Shown here: piece after piece, positions 35,100 to 49,696 of the stretch | How the letters are laid out: every line of letters starts with the position of its first letter | How positions within the stretch are numbered: the stretch's first letter is position 1 | NCBI RefSeq assembly: GCF_026210795.1 | Contig: NC_089432.1 | Location: 3,844,001-3,908,000 of the forward strand | Source: Rhizophagus irregularis | Taxonomy: Eukaryota | Direction: 5' to 3' | Length of the DNA: 64,000 nucleotides | Made by a program: the position numbers and the translations under genes | Notes under the pieces: model-generated | What the model saw: only the letters and a program-made list of their open reading frames with translations | Told to the model about the DNA's origin: nothing | The model's database searches: none

Positions 35100-37650
35100 T
35101 ATCGTCACGTTCATCTTATTTGTCTTTCCTGTAGCCAATGAAATTTATCAACAATCATGGGCTGTGTGACGTAAGAGAATACGATCCATTCAATAATCTT
35201 GAAGATTCCAACCTTTCATGGGATCAGCTAACGCCAGTATTTCAATTTCTTGTTACATTGAAGATCATATCCATTGTTCTTATGGTAATCCCAAGATTAG
35301 CGTCCAAATAACTCACAAGTCTTCATTTTTCATCTTCAACACTCAATTTCTTCTCTTATCATTAAATATTCCTAGAATTGTTAAATAAAATGAAAAGTTG
35401 GCGCTTAATTTTAGTATTTTGTGCTTTAAATCACATGATATGCAGATTCTGATCTGTTTAACCGAAAAAGTCAAAGGTTGGTTTCTATAAAAAAATGGAG
35501 CATTAGTAATATTTACTACTGTTCCTAATTTTAAAAAAGACCCTGATCCTTTTTTAATTACCTTTCAAGGCATTTCATTAGTTCTGAAGCATCTTGAAAA
35601 TTCCTACAATAAGAAAAAATAAATGGAATATTAGTAATGTTTACTAATGTTCCTAATTTAAAAAAAGTAACTTTAAGTACCTTCCATCAGTTCCAAAGTG
35701 TCCGAAAAGTTTCTGCAATTTAAGAGAAGTTCCTGGCGGTTGAACCTTTCTTCAAAATTTAATTTTATACTAGCATCTTTTCAAAACTTTGTTATCAGAA
35801 AAAAAAAAAATTTTTTTTACGTAAAATTACGTGACTTTGATTAATCTTCATTCCTATCCCTATCTATCTTCTATTTTCTTCTTTTCTTCTTTTCTTCACC
35901 TTCATCTTCGCTTTTTCAGATTCACTTCTTGATGGTGACTTTACCAATACTTGTTTTTCTCCTACTTCTACTTTATCGGTCCTCCAATTTTCTTCTTTCA
36001 ACCTTTTTTTGAAATCATCGTTAAGGGTGGTTATATTTCTGGAATATTTTATTTTGTTTTGCCATACTGATGACTTTTGGCTCAAAAAAAAGAAATTATT
36101 TTCTTTAAGCACCCAATCTTTTAAGAACCTGACTATATCATACTCCGCTCATATTACACTCACCACTTCCACGTTAATTTTTTTCATTCCATCATGTTGG
36201 AGTTCTGATCAAAAATCCCTTTTATTTCTTCCATTTAACCTTTATTTCCTTAACATTGGCAGGCGCATTTGTTGACGATGCTTGATATGAAATATACTTT
36301 ATCTTTTCGTTTGTTTAATAATTTTTTATAATCTCAACAACTTTGTTCAGCGCTACATTATCTCATTTTAAAGGTTTGCTAGCTAACTCTTCCAAATTAC
36401 CTATTCCTATATCATCATCATCGTCTCCATCACTGTCACTATCTACGTTCTCCTTTTCTTGTAATCACCTAGACCTTGATTCATTTCTGCAATAATCATT
36501 TCTGTGGGTAATAAATTTTGTTTATTCCTTGTCACCATATTTGATAGTCCCATGTAAATCCTTTCTGGAGGCGTTTGTAGCATAAGAATATCATTTACCT
36601 TACTGTGCAAAGAGTTTGCAGCTCTCTTGTCCTCTATTCTCTTCTTATCCTTATTACATTTCCCATCTCTATATACTGTCTTGAAATTCCTTACCATCCA
36701 TATTTTCTCCAAATCATTTTTCTGCATGAAAGCCTGCACCGTATTTTCCATTGTTTTTGAATCACTAAAGTATCCGATCACTTTTCAATTTTGCGTGATC
36801 CTAATGAATTTAATGAAAGCTGCAGTATATTCTGTCTGGGGTTTTTTCAAAAATTCATATTCACTTGTTCTCTTTAATTCCAAGAGATCCTGCTTCAACC
36901 CTTCTGGCCAAGGTAGAAGTACTGGAATTTCTTCTTAGAAAATGGATTATTTGGAAATTCTTTATTAAAGTCTTTACCTAAATACATTATAAGCTAGAAC
37001 AAGCAGAAGAACAACAAGGCCATACAGATAAAATTAAACAAAGGGCCAAGAAATAATGATTAAAGAACAAACCCTTTATAGAAGACACCAATACACTCCA
37101 TCTTTTCGTTAGTTAGGTCCCTGACCAATTGCCATTTATCTCATTCTTGTCGTGCTTTCAATCCCGTTCTGGCATCAAACCATCTAATAAAATTTTTAAA
37201 AATTTTTGCTAAATACAAATTCCGAAGGTGCCATTGCTTAGGAAGCGAGCCATTTTCTAAAAAAAATTTAAAGAAGAATGTTAGTCAACGTTCTTAACAA
37301 AATAAAACAACAAAATAAAACTAAAAAATATAAAGAATGTTAGTAAACATTTTTTAATGAAATAAATAATAAAAATTTTTTTCTGGCTTTACCTTACATC
37401 CATTTTATCTTAAAAGATCCAAGGATCCATTTTCTAAAAAAATAAAAATGTAAAGAACGTAAATAAACATTTTTAATGAAATAAATAAAAAAATTTTTTT
37501 TCAGTTTTACCTTGCGTCCATTAGTTCTGAAAAGCCATTTTCTAAAAAATAAAATATAATGAAAAGAACATTAGTAAACGGTCTTAACAAAATAAATAAA
37601 AAAAAAAAATATTTCTTTTCTAGCTTTACCTTGTAATCCATTTCGCAAAC
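35100..37650 (-). pseudogene. Degraded multi-exon gene of unknown function with small exons
   Basis: Minus-strand donors (TTACC) and acceptors (CTA + A tract) at 35480-35680 and 37255-37630, plus Lys/Glu-rich ORF remnants at 35864-36940. Confidence 0.35.
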
Positions 37651-38465
37651 AAACTTTTACAAATTTTTTAGTGTTGAAGTTTTTAGTATATTTCAAGTGA
37701 AAACAGTTTAAAAATCACTACAAGGCAAAGAAATTCTTAAACAAGAGTGGAAGTTTTTTTTTTCATAAACATAAATCACCAAAATTTGTGCAATAAATAA
37801 TAAATATTTAGAAGAATTTATAAGAAAGTTTAATAATAAAAATAATAAAGAGATATAGATCTGGAAGAAAGAAAAATTCATTCGATGTTTACTTCAAGAT
37901 CAAATATTTATGCTTATGTAGCTTCTGTGCCTATTATGCCGATCACATATTAGTAGGTAATTTATAGTATCGATTAGACTTTTAAGGTTAGTTGATCGTA
38001 TACAGTATACTATTGTATCGTAATACATATATTCTTATCTTAATTAAAATATAATTATAATATATCTAAAATTATTATATACGCAGCAGAATTGGTTGTC
38101 TATTCTTTGCACTTAATATATCTTGCAGTTTTTCAAATAAAAACTTTTTTGTTAAAATTATTGAAAGAAACTGAACTGCTAATTCCCAAATCTATATAAG
38201 TAAATATACACATGACAACTATCGTTAATAATTTTCTCAAAAGACATACCTAAAGAACAAATTTAAACTAGAGTATAGTAAATGCCAAAACTTTTTGTCT
38301 TTGAATTTTGGCAGTCTGAATCAAGTTATTATATTAAATTTATAATGAAATTAAAAATAATAAAACTTTTTTATTTAAAATGACAAATAATTGTAATAAA
38401 ATAAAAGAAAGTTTAAAAATTATAATGCAACTTAAATTTAATTGCTGATCAAATATTTAAATATA

Positions 38466-41400
38466 TTATATAGCAGTATAATAAAAGATATTATGCAAAT
38501 AATATACATTGGTTTTATCATGATTTCCATTTTCACAACCTGTTTTTCGACACTGATGTATAAAATGGTTATTAGGTTGGTGATCTATCCATTTAATTGC
38601 ATAAATTCGACGCCAAGTTTGATCTGATAATTGCTGAAGTCTATATCGGGGACAACCTAATTTTGAATCATTAATACCCAGTGAAATAAACCAGTTTAAC
38701 AATAAAAAAGGAATTTGTAACTGATCTTTTGTGTGGAGAAAAATTGCCCGAATTTGTGCATAAGAAGTTATTGTTTTAAGTTCAGTTTCTCTATCATCTG
38801 ATATATCTTCTAAAACATTTATGACATCACCAACACGAAGCCTTATATTGGATTGATTATTACCATCAACTATAGTATAACTAATACTTTTATAATATTT
38901 TACTTTTCGTGATGTAAGATGTTCAGTACAATCAAGCTCTTCATTATATGAACGACCAAGTTCAGCAAACAAGTTGTCATCAAGATTTTTCTCAAGGTTA
39001 TTAGTTTGCAAATCATGTTTAGTATATAGTCCTTGAACTTTTATATTAATGTAATTTTCGTTCATACATGTTATTTGCAAGGATGTATTATCATCATCTT
39101 GTTCTAAATCAAACTTAGATGGCAAAATGTACCATGAACTAAGAAGTGCATGTACACATTGGTCTTTTGATAACATGTTGAAATTTAATTGTCTTTCTGT
39201 ATCATATCTTTTATCAACACCACCATCCAATAAAAATCTTAGAGTTTGTAGACAATTATCACATTGTACAAAATCCATCTCTATATTTTTCTTATTAGAA
39301 TGAGGAATCATTGCCTTGAATAGTCTATGCATCATTTCTTTTGTAGGAACTGCAACATTTACCAGAGTTGCAAAATTTCGTGCATGCATAGTAAAATAAC
39401 ATAATATATGGAAGTTTGGTAATTGAGTAATTCTAGGAAAAAACTGTGAATTTATTTATAAAAAATAATAAGTAATTGACAAATTTTTACAAATTCTCTT
39501 ATAAATCAATTAGATACAGACCTTTCCAACTTTTTCAGACCAATGTATTATATTTTGTTGTAAATCATTGTAATTATCTTCAGAAAACTCTTTGCAAAAT
39601 ATTAATGATGCCATTTTAGAAAAAGATGCCCATAAACTAAGAAATTGATCTATTATTTGACGTTTTGTAAATTTGCTTTCTTCAATTAAAAATTCAACAA
39701 TTGTTCTATTTAGCATTGAAGTGGATATTAATGATCTATTAATAAGAAATGGCATGATCATACTTAAACGAAGATAATCAGAAAAAAAATATGAGTTTAA
39801 ATGAGAAATAGGATTTTGTTGACGAGACCAAACTGATGGATATTCAAAATTACGCCATACATTTAAAAATTCATTCTCTCCTATTGAATTTAATATTCCA
39901 AATGTTGATTGCAACATTTCTTTTGCAAGTCCACCTATACAATGAAATGCATCATGTGGACATTGAATATGTCTATCACGTGAAATACTATCAAAACTAG
40001 AAGGTTTCTCACGAATTCCATATTGAGTAGAAAGTATTTCACGTTCAGCTTGAGTTTTAGCATTACTTATATCTTCAAAATGAGATGTAGTTATGTGATG
40101 GTAACATGCATATTTAACAATATCAAAAGTAATATCATGCAAATTATTATGATGGATCATACAATTTCGGCATCCATAATGTGCATTATGATTCTTGATT
40201 CCTGATTGTTCATTACCTTCAGGTAAATCACTTATTATGACACCCAATCCACCAGTAACCCAAACAGTTTGGTTACTAATTTCCAATTCATAACCATGTT
40301 CAAGATCTTGGATATCATTAATTAGTGGCTGTAACACCTCATCACATGAAGCTGAAAAAGGAATAAAGCCAATAAGAAAATGATTTTTTAGTTTTTGACG
40401 TAAAATCTGTGGCATATTTCCAATCTGCAAATAAATACCACCAATACCATGGTATGCATTACGAAATGGACCAAACTTATCAATGTAGATATCTAAAAAA
40501 AATTTGTAAATTGGTAAATTTGATGGAGTATTTTGTGTAGTTATATATTCAACTGGATGATGATGTCGTAAATCAATTGGTCTTGTGCTCCACTGCCCAT
40601 TGATACAATATACAATTTCATTTATAAAATATTGAAAATTGCTGAGTTCACCAATATCTGTTAACCAAATATCTACTTTTAACACAATATTTATAGGATT
40701 AATAATTATTGTATAATCAGATATCCATAGACATCCATCATAAGAAGCATTTCTTCTTTGCTGTGATTTGAGTTGAAAAGGCAATGAATTATATTCAATA
40801 ATATTTTCAATTCTAATACAAATATCATGAGAATCATTAATATGTAAGATTGATATAATTCGACCATAACATAATTGATTGATTGTATGTATATTGTAGT
40901 ATTTGATGAAATCACCAAGATTATAAATTGTTTCATTTAATTTAATGTGTTCAGTACCAAACAATGGAGATTTGTGCCAGAGAACTCCATGCCATATTTC
41001 CTGTTTGTTTTCACAATATATACCTGATGGACCAAAGTACATATGTTCATGCAGCTGTGGATTTGATAATATACGGCAAAGAATATTTTTTAAGGGAAAA
41101 ATAAAAGCTTGAGTAGTAGGTTTAGAGGTAGATGGTGTATTATGATTGTTAAGAGAAACAGTATATCCTTTAAATGGAAGGAGAGGTAACCCATTTCGAT
41201 ACTTTTTAACAGTTGCGAGTGAAAATGGAACATCATTTGCATTAAATTTGGGATGTTTAACAATATTTGCAAAATCCTTATATGCTTCAAAACCTAATTT
41301 TAAAAATATATATGATTAGTATAAAAATATAAAAAGTAGTACTGTAATTTTATAGATAAAAACATATACCTATTTGATGTTTTATAACCCATAAAAATAA

Positions 41401-41913
41401 TAAAAATATAGTAAAATTAGGAAAATATGGTCCTGCATCTCCAGAATAACAATTTTGTTTTTTATTATTATCATATTCTCGTCCATTAAATTCCCCATTT
41501 GTATCACAATTTTCTGTAAAATCTTCGTCAATATAATTAAATTCTCCATAAATATCACTATTTCCATTTACATTTTCATCAATATTGTTAAGTTCTTCGC
41601 CAGTATCATAAATTTCTGTAAAATCATCATCAATAAGATCTTCGTTAAAGTCATTAAAATTGTGATAAGAATCTTTATTATTTTTGCTAGTATCATGATT
41701 ATTATTAATACTTTCATTAATTTTATAATAAAAATTATTCGTATTTGATTGTGATGCAGTATTATTTTCACAAATATTTTGTTGCTTATCTAAAATGATA
41801 GTATGATTAGATATAGATGAATTATTATTTGAATGAGTATCTCTAGATTTATGCAAACGAATGTTGGATTTTTTATGTTGTTTTTTATCAGCTCTAATTT
41901 TTTTTAAAAACAT
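38466..41913 (-). CDS. CMC-superfamily (CACTA/Mirage/Plavaka-like) DDE transposase with BAH-like segment, 3 exons, possibly frameshifted
   Basis: MYFGP...EIWHG.LW..SPLFG, LDIYIDKFG, GVIISDLPEGN...CRNC, DAFHCIGG, TKEMMHRLFK. Introns at ~41296-41368 and ~39445-39520. Confidence 0.8.
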
Positions 41914-42024
41914 TATTCTATAACTAAATTTTAACGTTAATCCTGAATTTTGATAAAAAAAAGATGAGAATTTTATATTAAATACACTATAAAATTCTAT
42001 ATTAGTGTAACAATTGATTTATTG

Positions 42025-42517
42025 CACAGGTCGAAAAGTGAAAAATCAGGCATCAATCAGGCACCAATCGGTCACCAATCAGGTACCTGATTGGTGACCG
42101 ATTGGGTGCCTGATTGGCATTTTCGCCAAATACCGTCACCAATCAGGCAGTTTGCTAACTTTTGATCCAGTGATCAGAAAAGAATGAAATATAGCTCATT
42201 GGAATCGTCTCAGCAAGACGAATCTAATGGTAGTAAAATCGCATCTCTAGGATTAATAGTTAATAAATAATTAAATAAAATATAAATGATACATTTTTAT
42301 TTTTATATTTTACTTAATTTCTCATCAAGTATTAATCCTAGAAATGCGATTTTACTACCATTAGATTCGTCTTGTTGAGACGATTCCAATGAGCTATATT
42401 TCATTCTTTTCTGATCACTGGATCAAAAGTTAGTAAACTGCCTGATTGGTGACGGTATTTGGCGAAAATGCCAATCAGGCACCGATTGGTGCCTGATTTT
42501 TCACTTTTCGACCTGTG
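42025..42517. mobile_element. CACAG-terminated foldback MITE with 3-bp TSD TTG
   Basis: Runs from CACAGGTCGAAAAGTG to CACTTTTCGACCTGTG, with TTG on both flanks and arms inverted over almost the whole length. Confidence 0.93.
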
Positions 42518-42595
42518 TTGATCGGTATTTAACTTCATCAAATTAAACTAATAATTGACTTTTTCTTAAAAAAAATTCTTTTTTTAAAACCAAAT

Positions 42596-44402
42596 ATGCC
42601 TCGTGGTAAAGGAATTAAAAAAGGTTTTACTGGAAGACGACCTATAACTAGAAATACTAAAAATGCTGACAATGCTTCTTTAACTTCCAATATGCCTATT
42701 AAAAAACATCAAACAAAAAATTCTTCTATTACTAATACTAATAGTAATATATCTAGCGAATCTATAACTCCTGATGATAATATACTTACTATGAGTTGTC
42801 AAATAAATAAAAATACCACAAATACTCCTCCACTTGCACCAGTAATGAAAAATTCTTTTACTGAAAGTAGTGTACTTAATATACATCCTACAAGAGAGCT
42901 TACACCACTTACACAACTTGATTATGATGATCGTGATGATCACGAAAATAAATTTGAAAATGATGGCCATGAAGATACTGATAATGAATTGAATGCAACA
43001 GATACAAATTTTCGCCAAGATATGATACCTGACAGACCTGAAATTTTTATATCAAGTGTAACAAAGAGAACAGGTATGTTAAGTATAAATATATTATATG
43101 TAAATAATGTAATGATAAAACTAATATGGTAAGTAACTAATGAAAATTTTGATTTACAGAAAAGAAAACTCTAGATGAATTAATAAATAATGTAAATATT
43201 TTAAGTGATGGTCCTTTTTATTTATCAAATAAACATATGAAATTAGATGAAAAAAGTAAGTTAAAAAATTAAAGAAATTTTAAGATAAAAAAAGTTAAAC
43301 AATTACTTATTATAAAATTCCTATAACAGCATCTTCAACTGTATCATCAGCCACATCAATGACAGCTGTACCATCATTTACATCGGCAATACCATCACCT
43401 GCTAAAAAATCTTTATTAACAAGTCATAACCAAACAAATATTCATGAAATTGAAGTTAATAATGAAATGGATACTACTACAACCGTCCAACCAGCAATCT
43501 CTCTTAGTAATCAAGATTCAACAAATAATTTAATGCCAATATTTAATGCTTTTTTGCAAGCATTATTTTCAAGTATATGTTCAACTACAGGATCTACTGT
43601 ATTACAATCTTCTCTAAATAATAATACTTTACATGATCAAACGAATATAAATTTAAATAATAATAATGTAAGTGATTTTAAATTATTAATGAGAAAACTC
43701 AATTAATAATAATCAAAATTTTTTTTTTATAGGCCCAACTTACACAACTTGCAACTCTATTTATTAATGAGTCAAAAGTTCTCTTTTTTCGTATACGAAA
43801 ACCAACACCAGAATTAATTTTAGCACTAGCCAGAGAATGTGCTAAACATCTTGGTATAACTAAAATAGATGCTGGCGATGTTAAAAAAAAAGGTTGCAGA
43901 TGGTTTGCCACTTGGAGAGTAAAATTGTATGACGAATGTACTGAAATAGCATTTGATTTTCTGGACCATTACATGTAAGATATTTAACTGTTTTGTGATC
44001 AATGTTTATTATAATTAGTAATAGAAATTAATTGTAGTTTATTATTTATATCATATAGTGTGACCCAGAATAACCTTCCGAACTCCTCTCATCTTCAAAA
44101 CTTTATAAGTAAAGATGATATTATCAAAGTTTTTGAACCACAATTAAAACAAGTCAAAAGAGATCATTTGTTTGAAAATCAAACATCATGGATTGCATTA
44201 AAAAACTACTTATCAGAAGTAGTTTTAATTATAGTCTGTTACTTTGTACAAAAAGATATTGATCGTACTATTTATTTCAGTGCCAGAAGAAATAAATGAA
44301 CTGGATGGCGAAGTGCAATATTAACAGATTTGCATAATTATTTCCGAAAATGGGACAACACTAGCAAGTGATTTAAATATTAATAGTTATATGAATTGGT
44401 AA
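42596..44402 (+). pseudogene. Multi-exon partner gene of the 34611-44847 element
   Basis: MPRGKG start, Ser/Thr/Asn-rich exons with GT..AG introns, C-terminal LFFRIRKPT...RWFATWRVKL; divergent from the transposase. Confidence 0.55.
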
Positions 44403-45256
44403 ATTCTGAAAAAAAATAGTTATTCTATTGATTTATTCATATAATTTGTAATGAATTTAATGCAAATATAATAATAATTATATAATTATTGTAAATATAA
44501 TTTCAAAATGCTTTTTATATAAAATAATTTGTAATATTTTTATAATTCTTTTAATATATAATAAAATACGTTACAAAATGCATTGTAAAATCATTAAATA
44601 ATTTTTAAATTGTAATATTTTTATAATTCATTTTAGATCATTATGAAATATATTACAAAATACATTGCAAATTCATTTTATCTTAATGGTTTTAAAATAT
44701 TTTTCCTAATCCTTTATAATATAGATTACAAAATGATTAAAAATACTGATATTCATTACAAAATAATATTACAATTATATAAGTATTATAAAAATATTGA
44801 AAAATCATTACAATAGCATTTCAGAAAAATATTCATTTTTAGCTAAGTTTTCTTTTCTTTATTCTTGCTTTTATTCTTGCTTTTCGTATGTGGGTGTCTT
44901 ACTATGTTGAATATATAAACTAAAGTGTCCCAAAGTATTGTTAATATTGTAAAAAGATAATTAAAGTATACTTTAAAAAGAAAAAAGAAGAGACGAACTA
45001 AAATACCGTAAAGTATTAATATAAAAGACAAGAGAAAAGCGTATTTTTGAAAATAAACAAAAAAAATCTCATTAATAAACACGAATTTTGGCTATTTTTA
45101 GATATCACATGCATGATATCACATGCATGTAATTAAAGTGATTTTAATTGGTTAATTTTAATTTATTATTACATCATGCATATGATTTTATTGGTTAAAA
45201 TTTTATATGATACAAATTAAAATAATTATTTTATTATATTTATATAATTAATATAA

Positions 45257-48200
45257 TTATATGGTTGTAAAATAAAAATTATTTTTTATCCAAATTCTAT
45301 TTGTAGTATCATGATTTGGTAGTTGGCACCTTTCTGAATTACAATTATGAATAAAATGTACTTTTTGAACATTATCTATTACAGTAATTGGAAAAATACA
45401 TCTCCATTTATCTTCTGTTGCTTGGAGACGGTAAAGTGGATATTTTAATACTGAATGTTCAACCATAGTATCTTCAAACCAATCTACAACAATAAATGCA
45501 TAATATTTGTTATTGTTACCCTTATGTTGAAAGATACCTTTGATTATTGCATAAGATTCTTCATGATCTTCTTCATAAATTGTGATAAAATCATCAAGAT
45601 GTAGGTGAACTTTTGAAAGGATACCATTTTCTTCTTCAATCATATATGATGCAAATTTGTACCAACTAATTGAAGAGTTTATAAGTGCCGTCTCAAACTT
45701 CATATCCACATAAGATAAAAACAATTCAGTTTTGAAATTATGTAAAGTTAAAAGAAGTTTATCACATTCCTGCTTTGGCATTCTTTTTTTTAATGAAATA
45801 TTGGAAATAAAGTTTATTGGAAATATAACTAAATTAAAAGATTAGTAAATATAAATATCAAACATGTACTATTATATGCAATAAAATACTTACTTTTTGT
45901 ATCATCATCATCGTCTTGAACTTGTTCAGTTGCTTCAGTTGAATATTTATCTTCTGTAACATACCAATTTAAAAATAATTGTCCAAAATTTGAATTTGTA
46001 AATCCAGTACAAGATCTATTAAATCTTGGATCAATACCACCATATGCTAAATGTCGAATTGCAAATAAAGTATTGTAATGCTTTAATAAATCTAAATCTA
46101 TGTTTTTGCAATTAGTTTTTGGTACCATCCCCTTAAAAATATGATAGACCATTTCTTTTATACCAACTTGGGTGTTAATAAGTGTTCCAAAGGTTTTAGC
46201 ATGCATCAAAAGATGCATATTAACGTGTATGTTTGGTAAATTAACAAAATTTACAAAAACCTATAAAAAGTAAAATATTGTTAATTATTTGAAATTATTC
46301 CACATTTCAATATCAAATTTGTAACTATACCTTTGGAAGGATTGAAAACTCTTCTTTAAGACATTGTTGCAATTCCTCATAGATATCTGATGTAAATTTC
46401 TTGTTAAAAACCGCTTTCATAGTTTTTGCAACATGTATCCAACAAGATATAATAATTTTTGGAACTGAACTAACTCGAAATGCATCAATTCTTTGTTGAA
46501 TCATGGCTGTTTCATTACGTTTGATACTTGATTCTTTTAAAAACTGGTTTAACAAAAATGGCATAATCATAGCTAATCTAAGTAAATCTGACATCATAAA
46601 ACTATTGTAGTGAGTAATCGGATTTGGTAAGCGAGACCATCTTTTTGGGATTTCAAAATTTTTCCAAATTTTGATAAAATTATCTTCTCCTTCTCGTGAA
46701 AATAATTCACAAGTTAATTTTAGTAGCCGCCCAATCTTTCTTGCAGTCGCATGATAAACATCCTGCGGCGTCTGTAAATGTCTTTCCCTTTTTAATTTAT
46801 CTAAAATACTAGGTAATGATCGTAAACCATATTCCGTACAAAGTTGATCTCTTCTTGACATTATAGTTTCATGAGAAATTTTTAAGATTTCTTCGTCTGT
46901 AATATGATGATAACGTAATGTTGTTACAATATTCTGATTGTAAGCACTCAATGATTCTTTAGTAGTTTTACAAGTACGACAACCCTTATTTGCATTATGT
47001 CTAAATTTATTTTTTAAAAAATTTTAATAGTTGTCATAAAATTATATTATTATATTATTAACTAAGTTGAAAAAATACCTTAGTACTCCTGTCATATCAT
47101 TACCTTGAGGTAAATCTGCCGTAACAACGCCTAAATCAGCAATTATCCATGCATCTTGTCCTTGGACAGTCATCACCTTTCCGTTCTCTAATTCCTTCAT
47201 TTCTGAAATGAATGGTATCATAAATTCGTCAAATTTTCCTCCAAATGAGATAAACCCAATAACAATAAAATGGTTCTTTATTAGCTTTCTTTGATGTGCT
47301 GGCATATTTCCAAACTGTACATAAACACCACCTAGAGAATGGTATACATTTCTAAATGTACCAAAATCATCATAATAAAGATCTAAAAACAACTTATAGA
47401 TTGGCATAGATGATGATGGTGGATTTCTAATAGAAATGTAATCAGATGGATGTAGGTATGAAAGCTTTACATTACGAACGTGCTAACGGTCATTACATTT
47501 ATAAATTATTTCACTAATCCGCAATGAACCATCAGGAATATTTTGATGTTGAAACATCATCAATATAGTTACTTTTTCTAAAATTTGAGAAGTCATTATA
47601 ATTAAAAATCGTTCGTCCTGTAACCATACTTCACCGGTAATAGAACAACGTTGTCTTGGTAACCCTTTTAAATTTCTGGGTAAATCACTATATTCCAAAA
47701 TTTTTTGAATTTGTAACTGATAATATCCATCATGATTTTTTAAAATTGATCTTAATCTTCCAAGTTTTTTTTGACCATTATCATCATGATACTTTACTAA
47801 AAATGGCCAATTTTTTGAAATGATTTTATAATAATTTTAAAATACTACAAAAATACATTTAATACATCAAAATGTTTTTATTATATTTTTGTTATTATTT
47901 TGTAATTATATTGTATCTAGGTCTATAAAAATAACTCAAAATAATATCACAATAATTTTTTAATATTTTTGTTATTATTTTATTATTATAATATAATTAA
48001 CTTTGATATTATTTTAATATTTTAATCTCAAAAATACCTTAAATATATCTTGATATATTTTAAAAATTTTACAAAATAATTGCACAATTGTTTTGAAAAC
48101 CATTGTATCTAGGTCTATAAAAATATTTCAAAAAATTGGCCATTTTTAGTAAAGTAGTAAACAAAATCACCAGATCGGTACAATACTATTTATTAAAAAT

Positions 48201-49259
48201 AAATAACTTTAATAAATATTATCAATGATAATAAATTATAATTGTATCAAAGTGTATTAATTTATAACCTTCTGATATTAATATTTCGTGTTGTCCAAAA
48301 AGTGGGGATTTCCCCCATAAATTTCCATGCCAAAATTCTGATTTTTCTTCAGAATTAATGCCGGGTCCAAAATACATATGCTTCATTAGCATCGGATTAT
48401 TAAGAACACGCCATATAATTTCACTAATTGAGAGTTGATACGAAAGTTTTGATCCTCGTGAGGTTGATGGAGTTTTTTTTGGTGAAATTTTAATAGACTT
48501 TATTATTATTGGTAGGAGAGGAAGACGTTTTCTCCATGATTGGAATCTTTGGATATTTTTTACCATATGGGTAGGTTCAAATTGAGAATTGTGAATGATA
48601 TCGACAAGATCTTCATATGCTTTCGTAAAAACATTATATTTCTGAAGCTAGCAAAATAATGCCGTAGTTGTATAATTATCAAAGTACAGTGCAAATTGAC
48701 CATCTAACGCTTCAACGATTTGATGTATTTCTTCCTCTTCGTTATTACATTGCTCTTCATCATTATTACGTTCCTTTTCATCGTTATTACGTTTCTCTTC
48801 ATCGTAATTATGTTCCTCTTCATCGTTATTACATTCCTCTTCTACTTGATTATTATTATCATCATTATTACCTTCATCCTCCTCCTCTTCGTCATTGTTT
48901 TCATTATTATCTTCCTCCTCTTCCTCCTCTTCATAATTGTATTCGTTATCACTTTCTTCTTCCTCTTTAGTATCAGATGAATTGACATTATCTTGCGAAA
49001 ATATCATCTCATCATTGTAGTCTTGAGGATTAATTGATCCATATGCATTATCGTCATCATTAATGTCCTGAAAACTTAAATCATCTTTATGATCATACTG
49101 AAAGTCCATGTCATCGTTATCATTATCAGGTGAACGTACAGGCGAACGAATTGCCACTCTCTCGTCAGAATCTGTTGTCTCATTAGGTTTGCTGTAAGAA
49201 AACCGATTTCGAATTCGAATTGGCTCTATTGGCTTGTTGTGACTATATCGTCTTCTCAT
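45257..49259 (-). pseudogene. Second CMC-like transposase (paralogue of 38466-41913), MITE-disrupted
   Basis: MYFGPG...EFWHGNLW..SPLFG, LDLYYDDFG, VVTADLPQGND, DVYHAT, GIKEMVYHIFK; N-terminal acidic tract; stops and an exonic MITE. Confidence 0.85.
47792..48154. mobile_element. 363-bp MITE with CTTTACTAAAAATGGCC TIRs and TA TSD
   Basis: Removing it and one TA restores ...GDFVYYHDDNGQKKLGRL in the transposase. Confidence 0.93.
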
Positions 49260-49696
49260 CTTTATAACAATTTAAAATAATTCAAATTTAATTAGAATTT
49301 TATAAATTCAATTAGAACTAAATTTATTAAATACTATTAATGTGTCGGCAAAAAAAAAAATGCAATTAAGTAATCAATTCGGTTAAATTACTGCCGATTT
49401 GGCTACACAAAATTTAGGGTCAATTATACCAGCTGTATATGGTTAATGACAATTGGTATGACAAATAATATTATCGAAAATAGTCATTTATTGAATGAAA
49501 ATAAAATAAAATATATAATAATATAAAACATAATAATAAAATAAAATAAAACATATAATAATATAAACATAATAATAATTAAATAAAATAAAACATATAA
49601 TAATAAAATAAAATAAAACATAATATTAAAATAAAATAAAACATAATAATAAAATAAAATAAAATATATTAAAATAATAAAATAAAAAATAAAAAA

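Larger units (their letters stand above)
34611..44847. mobile_element. ~10.2-kb CMC-like transposon with CTT termini and apparent 2-bp TSD (TT)
   Basis: Left CTTTACTAAAAATTATAGTTTTTTTGATATG versus right reverse complement CTTAGCTAAAAATGAATATTTTTCTGAAATG. It splits one host repeat unit (GGGTACATT|TTTTCTTTTC) and contains a transposase and a divergent partner gene. Confidence 0.75.
32209..49259. mobile_element. CMC-like transposon with CTTTGCTGAAA left terminus (right end not located; end coordinate is its transposase start)
   Basis: Junction TA|CTTTGCTGAAAC in the PolB gene; ~75-bp subterminal repeats at 32390-32830. Its GTATGTGRGTGG..GTACATTTTC repeats continue on both sides of the 34611-44847 insert and lead to the transposase at 45257-49259. 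Confidence 0.55.
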
